DNA from: Antedon mediterranea
Taxonomy: Eukaryota > Animalia > Echinodermata
Length of the DNA: 64,000 nucleotides
NCBI RefSeq assembly: GCF_964355755.1
Contig: NC_092675.1
Coordinates: 21,238,912-21,302,911, forward strand
Direction of reading: 5' to 3'
Shown here: piece by piece, positions 1 through 14,432 of the stretch
Position numbering within the stretch: the first letter of the stretch is position 1
How the letters are laid out: the number at the start of each line of letters is the position of its first letter
Program-made: the position numbers and the translations under genes
Notes under the pieces: generated by a model
Databases searched by the model: none
What the model saw: the letters and a program-made list of their open reading frames with translations, nothing else
What the model was told of the DNA's origin: nothing

Positions 1-1420
1 GTTTTAACAATTGTGCTTCGAGAAATAATAGGACAGAAGTTTGCGATCTGGCCTAGCATGAGCTCGAGCATGTGTACCTTTTGCTGAGCAGTACGTCGAC
101 GTGCTCTAGGGACAGTGTCATCATCGTCCTCAAATAGGCGGAGTGGAGATGCTCTGGTTTTGGGGCCCCATTGTGTGCCTTCCATCAAGAATGGAGCAAA
201 ATTTTCATCCAACGAAAGTGTATAAATAATGTTCTGCCGCCATGACTCAAATGAGTTTATTGTTTCAGTTTTGGTTAAGCTCCACTGTTTAGGAGCTCTG
301 TTAACGTTCGCCATCCTACCAGCTATATGTGCTGGCTGGTCGTACGCCTCTGTGCGTTAGTGCGATCTCGTAGATAATGGTATGGATGGGCCTAGGCTAG
401 GCCTAAGTTCAACAACTAATAACTCACTGGTTTTAAGCGGAAGGTCCGAATATCTTGGGCTGCCACCACGCCAATAAGGTTGATGTTTATATGCCACAAC
501 TCTACAGATCACACATAGACCGATGTAATGCGAATAATGTATTTTAATAACAGTCAATTAAACTCAATACAACAACATGGAAATCAAAAGCCACAACGCA
601 CGAACAGCTCCAGCCCATGAGGGCGCACTGGCGTTTTTTAGTAAAATATTTTGTGTATTAACATTGTAAAATTCAATAAAATATGATATTAAAAGATAGT
701 AAATAAAAAATAATAATTATTTAACCTCATTCGAAGAATATCAATACTCTATTAGTCCTGAGAGACAACGTGATTTTACGTGGTAGGCATACACGCGAGA
801 AAAATATTATAGAGTGCACTGCATTTTTACCTTGAAAGATTAAAAACAATTAAATTATTAAATATGACTACTTTCCTTTGCTGTTTCAAACCAACAAAAT
901 TGTAGTATGTAATTATTATTTATTTTCATGACACAATAAACCTAAAGACCATGAACTTATGTAGGGCCTACTAGGACACCACTCTATCACTACGCGAAAT
1001 GTCGTAAAAGACGCACTGGCCGTTTCATAGAAATTACCGGCGGCTCAACTTGTCGGCGGCCCAACCGGTCATATCCCCCCATGGACATGTTACGCTGCTT
1101 GGTAGGCCTATAGTGTTCGTTATAAGAAGACTAGATGTAATTATACGTCTATGGTTTAACCATGTATTGTATAATATTTTTTTCTTTTTAATTTATTTTT
1201 AATATGTCAAATGCAGTTTTAATGATGCACTCTTGGCGTTCCATATCTGTTCGTTTGTTCGTGTCGACACATTCAGTATCAAATGGCGATATTTCTGTAT
1301 TTTTTCAATCAATTGCTTGCTTGCGAGTATTATATAAGGTATGGTTTAAAGATCTTTGGTTATGTTCGGCTTTGGGATGTTATACCATACTTAGGCCTAG
1401 GCTAGGCTAGGCTATTATAG

Positions 1421-1527
1421 GGGTCGTCGGTTTCGTGTTATGGGTCGTCCAATTCTAGGTCGTCCAATTCGAGGTCGCCCGGGTCGTTGGGGTCGTCCAA
1501 TTCGAGGTCGTCGCTTTCTACACACCC
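1421..1527. repeat. Cluster of short GGTCGTC/CAATTCGAGGTCG motifs, probable DNA-transposon terminus
   Basis: About 8 repeats of ggtcg(tc) in ~105 bp, ending ...gctttctacacaccc; GC-rich island in AT-rich background; partner end not identified. Confidence 0.35.
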
Positions 1528-2290
1528 TGTCTGCTACTGTTGTGAACCAACTTTCATGTGCATTTACTACGCCAATTTATATCAAGTTTAATATGTGTGC
1601 TATGTAAATAAGTTATAGACCTATATGATATATTTGATTTTATTTACCGTAATAATATTATAATAATTAGATTTGTTTGCCTTAGAATAGTATAAAAATA
1701 GTATTTTTTATATGCACCAATACTTTGCCATAAAAAAATAAAAACATCTCGTTACATTCTGCATTGTCTAGGATTAATTTCAATAATAATTTCATCATGG
1801 TAGTGTAAATATTGTATAGTGCATAATAATTACAGTATATTTATTTATTTTATCAGCATTTAACTTCTATCTAGTCTTTTTAAATGTTATCGTATTTATG
1901 TTTAAATTCGTGCTGCATAATTGTATTAGGTTACATGTTTCTCAGTTCTTCAAAAAATACCAAAGAGATTCAGTTAATTTACACTTACACTTTTAATGTT
2001 TTATAACTCTACCAAAATCATTTTTGTATATTTTAGGATAGTTTGTTAATGATAATTTTTATTTTACAACAGTTATGAATTGAAATAAAATAAAGTATAA
2101 ATTTTAAAAATTCTTCTTTGTGTTTTATTTTTATTATGTAGTTTTTGAAGAATTTGTGGTGTGATGATTGCAGTGATGGATTGTGCATTGTAAATTAATA
2201 TTTATTAATTAATAACAATAATAAATGGAATTTAAAAATTAAATCATAAATACTGTAATGCAGTCAGACCTTGAAAGTTTTTATTAAAAG

Positions 2291-5200
2291 CAGTCTGGTT
2301 CCCCTACGACTAATGCCATGACGTCATTTTAAGCCGTCTGGTGCTGTAAGGCTATTGTCATTACGTCATTTCTCTCGTCGGAAAATGGCTGCTATTTTAG
2401 AATTCATTCGCTTCACTCAAACGAATCCAGCCGTTTTTTTCTTCAAGAGAGTTTAACGATTTCCTTTGGTAGAAATGTTTGGAATATATATTTACGTCAT
2501 ATACCTAAAATCTGTGACTGTTCATACGATTTTCAGTGAGTTATTTAATTTTTTTCGACTAAAGTTACTCATCACTACGCCAGTCGCCGCTAGCCTACGC
2601 TAAGGTCGCCACAAACTTTCACTTGGCTAGGCTAAATATGATCGAATTTTTGAATTCTATACAGGTAAAATCCCTTAAATATTATTTATAAATACAAAAT
2701 ACCCTGTAAATCGTTAATAAAATCTCATAATTTTACACGGAAATTCAGAACTTTTTTCTCTCGATTGCCGGTAGCAATGGCGGCGATTCAAATTTCGAGA
2801 TTGTGATAATTTCGAGGTCACGCAACTCTGCGTCTCGACTCAGAAGGTAATCGATCAGGATAGGAAGCGTTTTCGAGATATAAGGGGTCAAAGTTCAAAA
2901 TTGACCAATTACAACAATGTATTATGTATATGTATTATAACAAATTTATTGAAGCACAATTTGGTCTGTTATTACATTTTTATGATTATAAGTGTCTATT
3001 CAATCACCTTATGAAAAAAATCCTTTGTGATTAAGGGTCAAATGTCAATATTGACCAATCATAAAACGTACCTATAAAACCAAATAAAAACTAATATTTA
3101 ATAAAAATTGGATGTTTTCTCATCCTGTTAATCAATCATACGCAATGTAAAAGAGCGAATACATCATTTCATCAGTTGACATAAGGTCAATTTCATCAGT
3201 TGACATAAGGTCAAAGGTCAACATTTTAATACGCGTATTAGTTAACAAATAAATGCAAAGTTGTCGAAACTATGATATTGATGGTTTTACAAGTAATCAA
3301 ATTATTTGATTAGTAAAGTTATGTTATTTCATTATAATACTGTATTTAATCAAATCAGACTTCGATCAAGATAGGAAGCGAATTGGAAGAGATAAGGGGT
3401 CAAAGTTCAAAATTGACCAATTATAACAATGTATTATATACATATGTATTATAACCAATTTATTAAAGTTCAATTTGGTCTTTTAATACATGTGTATGGT
3501 TATAGGTATTGTATGGTGTTATTCAGTCGCCTTATAAAACAAATACTTTGCAATTAAAGGTCAAATGTCAATATTGACCAATCACACAATTTGCATTTAA
3601 AACCAAATAAAAACTAACATTTAAGACAAAATGTTATGTTTTATCATTCTGTTAAGACATCTATCAATCATACACAATCAAAAGAGCACATTTATCATTA
3701 CACAAGTCGACATGGGTCAAAGGTCAACATTTGAACAAATGATCCACTAAATAATGCAAAGTTATTCAAACTATGAGATCGATGTTCATAAATGTAATCA
3801 CATTATTTGATCAGTGAAGTTATGGTATTTTTATATTTTTTCTAGTGCGCATTATTTTAAATGTATTAATATAATACTGTAAAGTAAATAATAAAATTAA
3901 TATTATGACGATTAAAATGTTATGATGTTAAAAAAAATGTTGCGCTGACCTTCAATGATTTGCCACTATACAGTTGCATTTATTAGGGCAACAATATTCG
4001 TTTTTGGAAAATAAACTACTATTCATCAGAACCAGAGAATACCAATTCGTACAGGATAGGGCATAGGCAGATCCAGGTGGCCAAACTCAATCCACAACTC
4101 ACTACACAGACAGACCAAAATTTTTATATAGTTTGGCCCATACAGGAAATAGTTTCCTGTATACAAAGGATTCTAAAATAACCCATATGGATTTGCCCGA
4201 ATGAACCCTCTTAGGACCCTTTTTGGATCTCTATGTGGTGTGCTTCTACATAAGGCCCTGTATTAGAAATTAGTAAATAGTTCATAGATGAACTATGGAA
4301 TAAAACTAAATGTGCACCCTCAATCTTTAAATAACATTTATGGATTTGCTCAAATGAACCCAAGGGCTGATCCTTCATGGACCTTTCGGGGTTCTCTATG
4401 TGGGGCTACAAGAGAACCTATATTGGAAATACTGTATGTGGGGTGAAAATGTGGGTTCATAGAGATATAATAAATATCCCTGTGCGCCCTCGATCATCCA
4501 TAAGGAACATTTTATGGATTTGCCCAAATTAACCCAAGGGCCGGTCGTTCTCCATGGATGGACATTAAGCTCCATAATGGAAATATAAGGGGTGACACTG
4601 TGAGTTCATATAGACAGGCGCGGCCCATGAATTAAGCTGACTGTGCACTCTCGATCCTTAAGACAAATTTATGGATTTGCCCAAATTAAACCAAGGGCCG
4701 GTCCTCCATGGACATTAAGTCCCATAATGGAAATATAATGGGTGACACTGTGGGTTTATACAGACAGGCAGAACCATGGAATAAAGCTGCCTGTGCACTC
4801 TCGATCCTTAAGGAACATTTATGGATTTGCCCAAATTAACCAAAGGGCCGGTCCTCCATGGATGGACATTAAGCCCCATAATGGAAATATAAGGGGTGAC
4901 ACTGTGAGTTCATATAGACAGGCGCGGCCCATGAATTAAGCTGACTGTGCACTCTCGATCCTTAAGACAAATTTATGGATTTGCCCAAATTAAACCAAGG
5001 GCCGGTCCTCCATGGACATTAAGTCCCATAATGGAAATATAATGGGTGACACTGTGGGTTTATACAGACAGGCAGAACCATGGAATAAAGCTGCCTGTGC
5101 ACTCTCGATCCTTAAGGAACATTTATGGATTTGCCCAAATTAACCAAAGGGCCGGTCCTCCATGGATGGACATTAAGCCCCATAATGGAAATATAATGGA

Positions 5201-6567
5201 TGACACTGTGGGTTTATATAGACAGGCACATGGAATAAAGCTGCCTGTGCACTCTCGATCCTTAAGGAACACTTATGGATTTGCCCAAATTAACCCAAGG
5301 GCCGGTCATCCATGGACATTAAGCCTCATAATGGAAATATAAGGGGTGACAATGTTGGTTAATATAGACAGGCACATGGAATAAAGCTGCCTGTGCACTC
5401 TCGATCCTTAAAGAACCGATTTGGATTTTGCCTAAAATGAAACAATTACAGCAGGTCATCTATTTAGACCCTTATGCGGTTCTCTACTGTATGGTCAGTT
5501 CTACATTTGGCTCCTGTATGGGATCAATGCATTTGGCTACATAAGTTACTGTGTTAGAAATATATCGGGTAATTAAAACTGTAGGTTCCAATATTAAGCC
5601 ATGGGAAAAGCCTGTCTGTGCACCCTCAATCCGTTTAAAAGAACCCATATGGATTTGCCAAAATGAACCAAGGGTAACTTCTGAATTCTCTATGAGCCGT
5701 ACATTCCGTTTATTGGAAATACATGGATACCTGATTGAAATTGCTCAAAAGAAAGACATTGTACTGTATAGTAATAGTATTATTCCCCTTCCACACCTCT
5801 TTGAATTAAATCTGCCCTGATAGGCTCTTTGTAAAGGCTTTCAAGGCAATAATCACACTTGTATTTTTCAAACAGTATAATCTATTAGATTGAATAAAAA
5901 TATCTATTATAAACAATTTGCCGTTAGAAATCGCTATGCCATGTCGTTATTTAGATGAGAAAAACAGGTCAAAGGTTAAAATTACAGAAAAATAGGTGTT
6001 TAAGTCACTTTTTGAAAAAAATGTTGCATTATGTAAAGTATAAACATATATATTGTGAACAATTTGACACCAAAATTGGCTCCTTACGACAAATATTTAT
6101 TAATGTTTTTATAACCTTATTCAATTATGTCAAAGGTTAATAACCACACTTCCGGTCATTTTCAAGCAATATCATCTGTTATACTGAATATAAATGTATA
6201 TCTTGGGAACAATTTGCTCCTATTTTTAATTCTCTCCGACCTGCCGTTACTTAGATATAGCAAAAAGAGGTCAAAGGTCAAAATTGCTATTATTTTTCAA
6301 AGAAAGTTCTGTTAGAGCTAATATAAACATATACATTGTGAACAATTTGACACTAAAATTATCTCACTACGTCCAGAATTTCCAGAGATATAGCATGTTT
6401 TTATATTGGTCAATTTTGAACTTTGACCCCTTATATCTCGAAAACGCTTCCTATCCTGATCGATTACCTTCCATATTCGTAATCTACGGAAAATTCTGGT
6501 CTAGAAAAGTTGGATGGCAATTTGTCCCCTTTCGGGTGGTGATATCCCCCCTCCTGCCACCGGACTA
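2291..6567. mobile_element. Foldback-like non-autonomous DNA element with internal satellite
   Basis: Perfect 67-bp inverted repeat 2843-2909 / 6405-6471; internal ~510-bp direct duplication (2850-3330 vs 3362-3830); repeated GGTCAAAGGTCA motifs; outer ends (cagtctggt / accggacta) approximate. Confidence 0.55.
4180..5700. repeat. ~152-bp tandem satellite with 304-bp dimeric higher-order repeat
   Basis: Anchor tttatggatttgccc at 4510, 4668, 4818, 4972, 5122, ~5273; degenerate units near 4186, 4337, 5420, 5648; near-identical ORFs at 4742 and 5046 are 304 bp apart. Confidence 0.9.
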
Positions 6568-7261
6568 AAATGGTCCATTTATCGAAGTTGCGTTTATAGA
6601 CTCACGACGCTTGAATAGCATTTGTTTCCCTTCTGTTCTTTGTAATATTGTTGTAGTTTTCAAATAGTCTTGAGCAGCAGGTCACTGGATAAGTCATCGC
6701 TTTTATCGTTTAGATTAAAGTTGATCAAAGAGGGGTACTTTAGGGTTAGGATGGGTATGGTGTCTATACATGGAATACTTGTTTGAATAAGAAGTGCATA
6801 TTTAACTATTTCATTATGGGTTCTACATCGCATTCATCAAACAATTTCAGCAACTAACGAATTATAAGATTATTTTGTGCAGGGAATCTTAATGCATAAT
6901 AAATATTCTAAAATTCATTTGGTTACTGGTTCAATGATTTATTCGATATTAGGTCTTAACATTATTAAAACGTACATATCTAATTTATTTTTCATTTAAA
7001 AAATGAATAATATAGGCTTTCCTATAACATCGTTTCTGCCGCCGGATTCATCAGCCATGATAATTAAATGATGATCTTTAGCATGTCATGACCCCAAACA
7101 ATAGTATCTATATTTTCATAATTGGGGAGAGTCTGTATATAGACTATATCATTATATCAGTCTGGATGATTATTTTGTTGTATTTGTACACTTAATAGTT
7201 TATATTTCATCTGTTACAAGGATAGGCCTACGAACATGGATTTCTTTAAATCAATGATGCA

Positions 7262-10200
7262 CTATTCAAAGTCAAATGCTAGACCCGTTCCATGAAGATT
7301 CTCTCTGATCTTAGCATCAAACTGCTCATTTTGAGCAACAGTAAAGTGGTTCTTCCAGTCACCAATTTGACCTAAAGAGAAATAAACAGTGGGTTGAATT
7401 TGGAAAAGAAACACATATAGTAAAAGTAGCGTAAAATTGACTGGAAATATCCAATTTAATCATGCCATCCGTGGGTTGTCTCAGTAGTCGATGTTCTAAA
7501 CTGCATTTCAACTTAATAGAAGATATAAATTAAAAGATAATATATTGGCACACATGACGTATAATATCGTAACGCCGACTGTGTTGAACACACAAAAAAC
7601 TACCGTATTTCATTAATAGTATTCACAGATGGTGACTTTGGATGTCACCATGTCACAACACAAGAGTTCAGCAATTCAAAACGATCCCTCTGAAGCAAGA
7701 GGTACCAAACACAACAATCCAAAGTTGTTATATACGCCTCATAAATTACAAACCTTTTCGGATAAATGGTGATTTTCCCACTGCTTTTGTTAGGAACACT
7801 CCATCTTTCACTTTCTTCTCAACATCGTCGTAAGTTTTCTTCATATTTTTTACATCCGAGTAATGAACTACCTTGTCAAGTTCTTCGTCCGTTAGAGTGC
7901 GCTCCAGATGATTGGCAAACTTAGTGACCGATCCTTTTGGATCCTAAGAAAAATCCATAAAAATCATATAAAAATAATTATCTTTCTCATTAAACCGAGT
8001 TATATTTTCCAATGCAATTGTTGATGAAGTGTATACTTATTTGAACTTTTTTGTTTAATCCTGCTGTTGTAACATTATCGTTTTTTTCTTCCTATGCGTG
8101 TTTTTTAAAATTTATTTATTAAGAGTGCCTTGAAATTTCCAGTTGGAAGATTATCCTCTTTTAAGTTGAAATAAAGAACAGTATTTTTTAGTTATAGTCG
8201 ACAATGTGTTAATGACCTATCTGGCGTACCATTCATCTTGCCATAAAGAAGAATTCCTACAAATTACAACTTGTTGTTTTATGTATTCAATATTAGGAAA
8301 TTGTTTTCAATTCTTGATTTGTTTCTGTTTTCTTTATGAAAATGGTTCATTTGCATACCTTTGGTTCATTTGCATACCTTTTTCATATCTTCATACTTCA
8401 TATACAAAAAGTTTGAATCATGTCGATGTTTCCAGTATTCCAGAGCATGCGTGAAGAATCCTCCCATTAGTACTGCAAAAAAAGAATTATGATACACCAG
8501 TGGTTAGAAAAGTTGCTGTGGCTAGTTGTTGATTAACACTTTTTGAAATGAACAAAAAGAATACAGCTAATATAATATGGGTGTCCTTACAATCTTCTTG
8601 TTTTATCCATTCGTCAGCAAAAGTATTCCAAGTTGCATCCAGAGCCGACACACCAATTTTGTTGTTAGCATGATACAACGATACTCCACAATCTTTAGGA
8701 TTTCGGGTTACGTAGATAACCTGCAAGACGAATTCCAATGAATTTGTAATTGTATTATTTCTTACACCTATAATAAATGCAATATCGACACCCCAAAACT
8801 TTGAAGCAATTGGATAATTATGGTCAACAAATCAAATCATGAGATAATTATGGAACCTTTAACTCAAATTGGTTTGAAAGGCTTATGTATACGGTAAATT
8901 AGACATCCATCCTCCAATAGAAAATTTGTCACGAATTAAATAGATGTTTCTTCAAGCTTTTTAAAATCAAATCCAATCGTGTTAGTGATTGTGTTTATAT
9001 TGAGAGTTAGGCCGAATAGACGGAATGTGCATGTGACAGTGGACTGTAGCTCGGTTCCCACTACCCTGTACGACGCGACGGAAGGAGGTAAGCGTTGCAA
9101 CTCAAGTGATTGACCAATCACGAGAGGTTCAACTGTCTAAAGTGGGAACCAAGCTTTAGTTGTGGAGACATCAACAAACAACAATTGGATAATGTTGCAG
9201 AAATCGTATCGTACCTTTGGTTTCTTTGTAAACACCTGAGGAGGAAGTAGAGATTCTTGCAGATGCGTGAGAATAACTCTTTGACCTTCTATTGCTTCCA
9301 ACTTTTTGTAAAAAGGCGCAAGAGATTTTATGTCAGTTTTGTCCTTTATGTAAGACATTTCCAGAGCAGCTTCCTGACAAGAACGGTCAATTTTGTCCGG
9401 ATCACCACCAGTTAGAATTAAATTGATAATTTCATTCGACCAGTGAGTTCCTTTAAAAAAAAAAAGAGTGAGATCGTTATAGCCTGCTATTCAATTTTCA
9501 AAATCCAAGAAATCGTTTATGCGCAAACTTCCCGCTGTCTACTTATTTTAAAGCAAATAAAATGCGCAACCGTAGCTAAGGGACGTTCGATTCTACAGTA
9601 TAATGTAACCGGCATAACATAGATACTGTATAGTGTCAGGAGAGGATACACTATATCATAATGACATGAACGTGGCTGTCAGAAGACTCGATACTGGGAT
9701 GCTGTTTACTATCGCTAGACTTAATACCGCTCCACATGCAGAAGAAAAATTATACATTTTAATATCATAATCTAGAGCATATCAAGTGGGATATTACTTC
9801 ATTTCCATTAAAAAATGTTTAGCTATAAATATGATCTCTGCAAATAAGGTATGCTGCATAATCAATCATTTTTGCTTTCTTTTGAATTAGGGCTGTAAAC
9901 ATTTGGATAAGATTACGACTGTTTACACAGATTAGACCGAGTTTACTTATGCTTGAAAACGTGCCCCATGTTTGATCATTCAACCGTCAGATTTTGATAT
10001 GTATTACTAATATTTTTTTAGTAAATTATCGTTCCATGAATGATAATATTAAATTTAAAAAGTATACATAAAAATTAATAATCATCATCCATCGTCATAA
10101 TTAGTATTAGTAGAATATATTCAAGTTATGTTATATGCCTAGTAAACACATTTTTTTTACTGAAAAATAAATATTTTTGGTGTAAAAATTATTTACCACA

Positions 10201-10362
10201 TTTTGCATAAGTAACCAAAAAGATATCGTCAGGTCTGACTTCAAACGTTGGCATGGCATCTAAGTTTCCAACTGGAAAGACCATGGTGTGGAACTTAATC
10301 CCTTTGTAGTGATAGTATCCCTTCTGGAACATTTCGGTTGAAAATTGTTCTGCGGCTGACAT
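7262..10362 (-). CDS. SULT: Cytosolic sulfotransferase paralog 1 (~308 aa, 6 exons)
   Basis: Exons 10362-10197, 9450-9215, 8720-8591, 8472-8378, 7943-7754, 7371-7262; GT-AG introns, 927 nt in frame. 5'-PSB TYAKCGTHW, catalytic LTHL, 3'-PB YVTRNPKDCGVS, RKGQIGDWKNHFTVAQNE. Confidence 0.93.
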
Positions 10363-10603
10363 TTTGAACTGTGAATATAATTCATTCAATTATTGCCAGA
10401 ATCTTAAATTGATTTATACTATACATCATACATTACAAACAGTCTATACAAAAGAAATATAGTACACAATGTGATTTTTTTAATCGAGTAGGTCAACTAC
10501 TGACCTGACCATAGAGAGAGTGAATTGAGATAGAGTACCGTATGCCTACAAATTACAACACTTCAAAATGTACTGTGTTGCTCTGAACTGGGCGAATTTT
10601 CTT

Positions 10604-10760
10604 AAGCTCTGTCTGCACAAACAAACTTTATATGACGAATCAAAATTGATGCTCCCATATATGGACATAATGATGTGTTACTACCATATTTGAGAATATC
10701 ACTAACATATTTGGACACATCATACTTTTTTTGGCACAAATTCATAGTAGACAGAACTTT
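10604..10760. mobile_element. MITE (AAGCTCTGTCTACAC terminal family), degenerate full copy
   Basis: aagctctgtctgc ... gtagacagaacttt inverted ends; internal sequence shared with copies at 44879, 53699, 54969. Confidence 0.6.
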
Positions 10761-11755
10761 ACATTAATCAGCACTCCTCTTCAAACATACGTATGCCTAA
10801 CATGTGAACTTAGTAATAAAGGGCACATTTTTCCGGTTTAATTGTTATTAGTGAAAAAAAAAATCACATGCATTACTTTACTTTCAGGCTATAGGCGAAA
10901 TGTTATGTAGCTCATAATAGCATAAATTAGATAATTAAATCAATTTACTGTACCTTAATAGCTGTTGTGACGGTATTCTTCGTTATTCACCTTCGTTGCA
11001 ACTGGGTACTATTAAGTCGACGGCGACTCTTTTAAATGAATTGAACGGTGTAAATTACACGTAGGTTTATTTATCAAATAATAATAGACGTGTCTCGTGT
11101 AAATAGAACTAATGTAAGGAAGAGGTCGTGGGTGACGTGGCAATGTTGTTGACAGTGCTCTGTAAACAGAAGGTCATGGGATTGAGTTCTTACCCCTCAA
11201 TGGTTGAAATAAAGTGATATTACTATATAAGACCTAATAATATCCCACCCGATCCAGCAGTTGTCACTAGGTAAATCTTAACTGAATATTGATAGTCATC
11301 TAAATAACGTGTCTGGTGTATTTCAATAATAAAAATTAATTTTAATACAATTTTAATACAGTTCCATTTCAAAGTGTAAATTTTTATCAATTCACGATAA
11401 AAAGGAGTCATTTCTAGAAATTATATTTTAATTGACAAGCACGTTCTACACCAATTTGTATGAATATTGATAAACGAAGAAATACATCATACATTTTTAT
11501 ATGTACTGCCGTACCACATTTAAATGAGTCAGAACATTTTTTTCGATTTCATCAGCGTAATGATTGATCTTCAATGACCCTGTAAATAATATAATCTTAT
11601 TTTCATAATTGCGGAGAGCCTGGACTGATTAATTATAGTAGTCAATTTATTTATATAATCGATTGCAATAAAAAAAGTTCAAGTTCAAGTATAGTTGAAT
11701 ACGGTATTTCGGCACACTCATATTTTTCGTATCTTTTAAACATGTGTTTAACTTG

Positions 11756-14432
11756 TTATTCAAAATCAAATACTAGGCCCGTTCCGTGAAGATTTTCTCT
11801 GATCTTAGCTTCAAACTGCTCATTTTGAGCCACTGTGAAGTGGTTCTTCCAGTCACCAATTTGACCTAAAAAATTAATAAACAGTGTTTTGATTTTGGGC
11901 AAGAAACACATTATATTAGAAGTACCGAGAACTTGGCTTGAAATTGAATGGAAAAATATCCTTTAAGCATGTCAACCGTGGGCTGTCTCAGCAATAGTCT
12001 AGGTTCAATCATATTAATGCCAGTATGAGAACTTGCGAACAAAATAATATAATGAAAAAAACTTTCCCGATCATACCATACGTTGTCGAAGCATGGATGT
12101 AGCATTGCTTAGTTGTTTACATAAAATTACGAACCTTTTCTGATAAATGATGATTTCCCCATGGCTTTTGTGAGGAACACTCCATCTTTCACGTTCTTCT
12201 CAACATTGTCGTAAGTTTTCTTCATATTTTTTACATCCGAGTAATGAACTACATTGTCAAGTTCTTCATCCGTTAGACAGCGCTCAAGATGATCGGCAAA
12301 CTTAGTGACCGATCCTCTTGGATCCTTAAAAAGAAATTTTAAAATAATTATTCATTCTAAAAGAATAATATTAGCAATTTTCACTATATATCTACGCTTT
12401 TTAACATTTATTCTTGCAGTCATAAAACTAAAAGTATTTTGATTAAAGTTAAATAGAGTCTATAAACAATTACATTACATTCAAGAATTATTATTTACAA
12501 TCATCGTCTTGCTCACTCACTGTGTTTATCAATCATATTGTGTTGTATTTAGGCCTATTTATCTTTTTTGGGGGTTCAATCTTAATTTTATTATAAATAT
12601 CAGCATTTTTAGTTGGAACTGAATCGGTTGTATCTTTTTAATTGTCTACAATTCATGTTGGCCGGAAATAACACTGAGTTAAACTAAATGTTATGAGGGT
12701 TAGTGCAGACCAGCTGTTTGATCGAAGAAAATTCTTAACGAACATCTTAGTAGGCTATTTAGTGCTGAATAGGTTTTCGACTCCAGTTCTACGACGAAGA
12801 AGAGGATCCCATATGTATGTATGTATGTGTGTTTAGGCCTAGTTATGTACTGAGCAGTCTGTCTTGGTTGACTGTTCCTTATGAAAATGGTTGATTGAAT
12901 ATCAGAAGTAAGCTATAGCTATGTATACCCTTTTCATATCTTCATACTTCATATACAAAAAGTTTGAATCGTGTCGATGTTTCCAGTAATCTAGAACATG
13001 TGTAAAGAATCCTCCCAATAGTACTGCAAAAATGAATTAAGATACAGTGGTTAGAACATATGCAATGTATATAGTGTGTGATAGAACTCAGATACAGAAA
13101 AATGCGTTTATCCTCACTATCTTCTTGTTTTATCCATTCGTCAACAAAAGTACTCCAATTTGTATGAGCCGTCATACCAACTCCTTTTGTAGCATGATAC
13201 AAGGATACTCCACAATCCTTAGGATTTCGGGTGACGTATATCACCTGTAAGAGGAGTTTAGTAGTATTTTTAAGAAACAGGTCGTTGGCAGCACTTCTTA
13301 TTACTATCACGGCTTATGGGACGCCGTGTCAAAGCACAACTACAGTTAGGTGGGCTTAAGTAACTACAGTTTAAGTAAAGACGATGCTCTTGCGTCATTT
13401 AGCAATATGTTACTTGAGGGAAAGCTCGCGTTTACACAATATTGCAAATCATTAGCAAATTTATCAATACTGTATTCTAAATAAACATTGTTCTCCTTCT
13501 CATACTTAAATCATAACATGAAAATCAAATCGTACCTTCGGTTTCTTTGTAAACACTTGAGGAGGAAGTAGAGATTCGGGAAGATGGGTGAGAATAACTC
13601 TTTGACCTTTCTTTGCTTCAATCTTTTTGTAAAATGGCTCAAAAGATTTCATGTCAGTTTTGTCCTTTATGTAAGACATTTCCAGAGGAGCTTCCTGACA
13701 AGTACGGTCAATTTTGTCCGGATCACCACCATTTAGAATTAAATTGATAATTTCATACGACCAGTGCGTACCTAAAAGAAGCCAAGAGTCTTAGCGCCTG
13801 CTTTCCACGAAAAAAAAAATGTATTTGGGATTCGTTTATGTGTAAATACGTCACTATAGAAAACTGTTCCAGTGGGACTTTACTAACAAATTGGGCAATC
13901 CGTCTTGAGGAGACACATTAATAGGGCGAAATTGCTACCTATAAATGGTTATTGGCTGTTAATATCACAATATAGATATTTTGAAACAGTTAACATTTGA
14001 TTACGGCTCTTTGCATCGGGACCAACATTACCGATAAAGTCAATATCTTCGCCCCTCTTCCTGTTTATCTAATGTTTTTAATATAATACAATCGTTTCTT
14101 TTCTAATAGTAATAATTATATGTTGTGTTCATTAAATTGAACATAAAATGAACGTTATTCGAATTATATCGTGAATAGGACCATGAGTATTGTAAAACCA
14201 ATGTTAAAGTAATGTTATTATTAGTGTTAAACACCTTATACCGATATGTGAAATGTATTTATTTACCACACTTTGCGTAAGTCACTAAAAATATATCGTC
14301 AGGTCTGACTTCGAACGTTGCCATGGCATCCAAATTTCCAGGAGGAAGCATCATCATATGGAACTTAATCCCTTTGTAATGATAGTACCCCTTCTGGAAC
14401 TTTTCGGTTGAAAATTGGTCTGCGGCTGACAT
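11756..14432 (-). CDS. SULT: Cytosolic sulfotransferase paralog 2 (~307 aa, 6 exons)
   Basis: Exons 14432-14267, 13771-13536, 13244-13118, 13023-12929, 12324-12135, 11865-11756; 924 nt in frame; same PAPS-binding and KxxxTVxxxE dimerisation motifs. Confidence 0.93.

Noticed and set aside
4742-5342. Two near-identical short ORFs
   Set aside because: By-products of the 304-bp satellite period; no protein features.
11120-11200. tRNA-like sequence
   Set aside because: Cannot form a convincing cloverleaf; at most a decayed SINE head.
13874-13883. kappaB-like GGGACTTTAC in a SULT intron
   Set aside because: Mismatch at a key position and not retained in paralog 3 (aggactttac).
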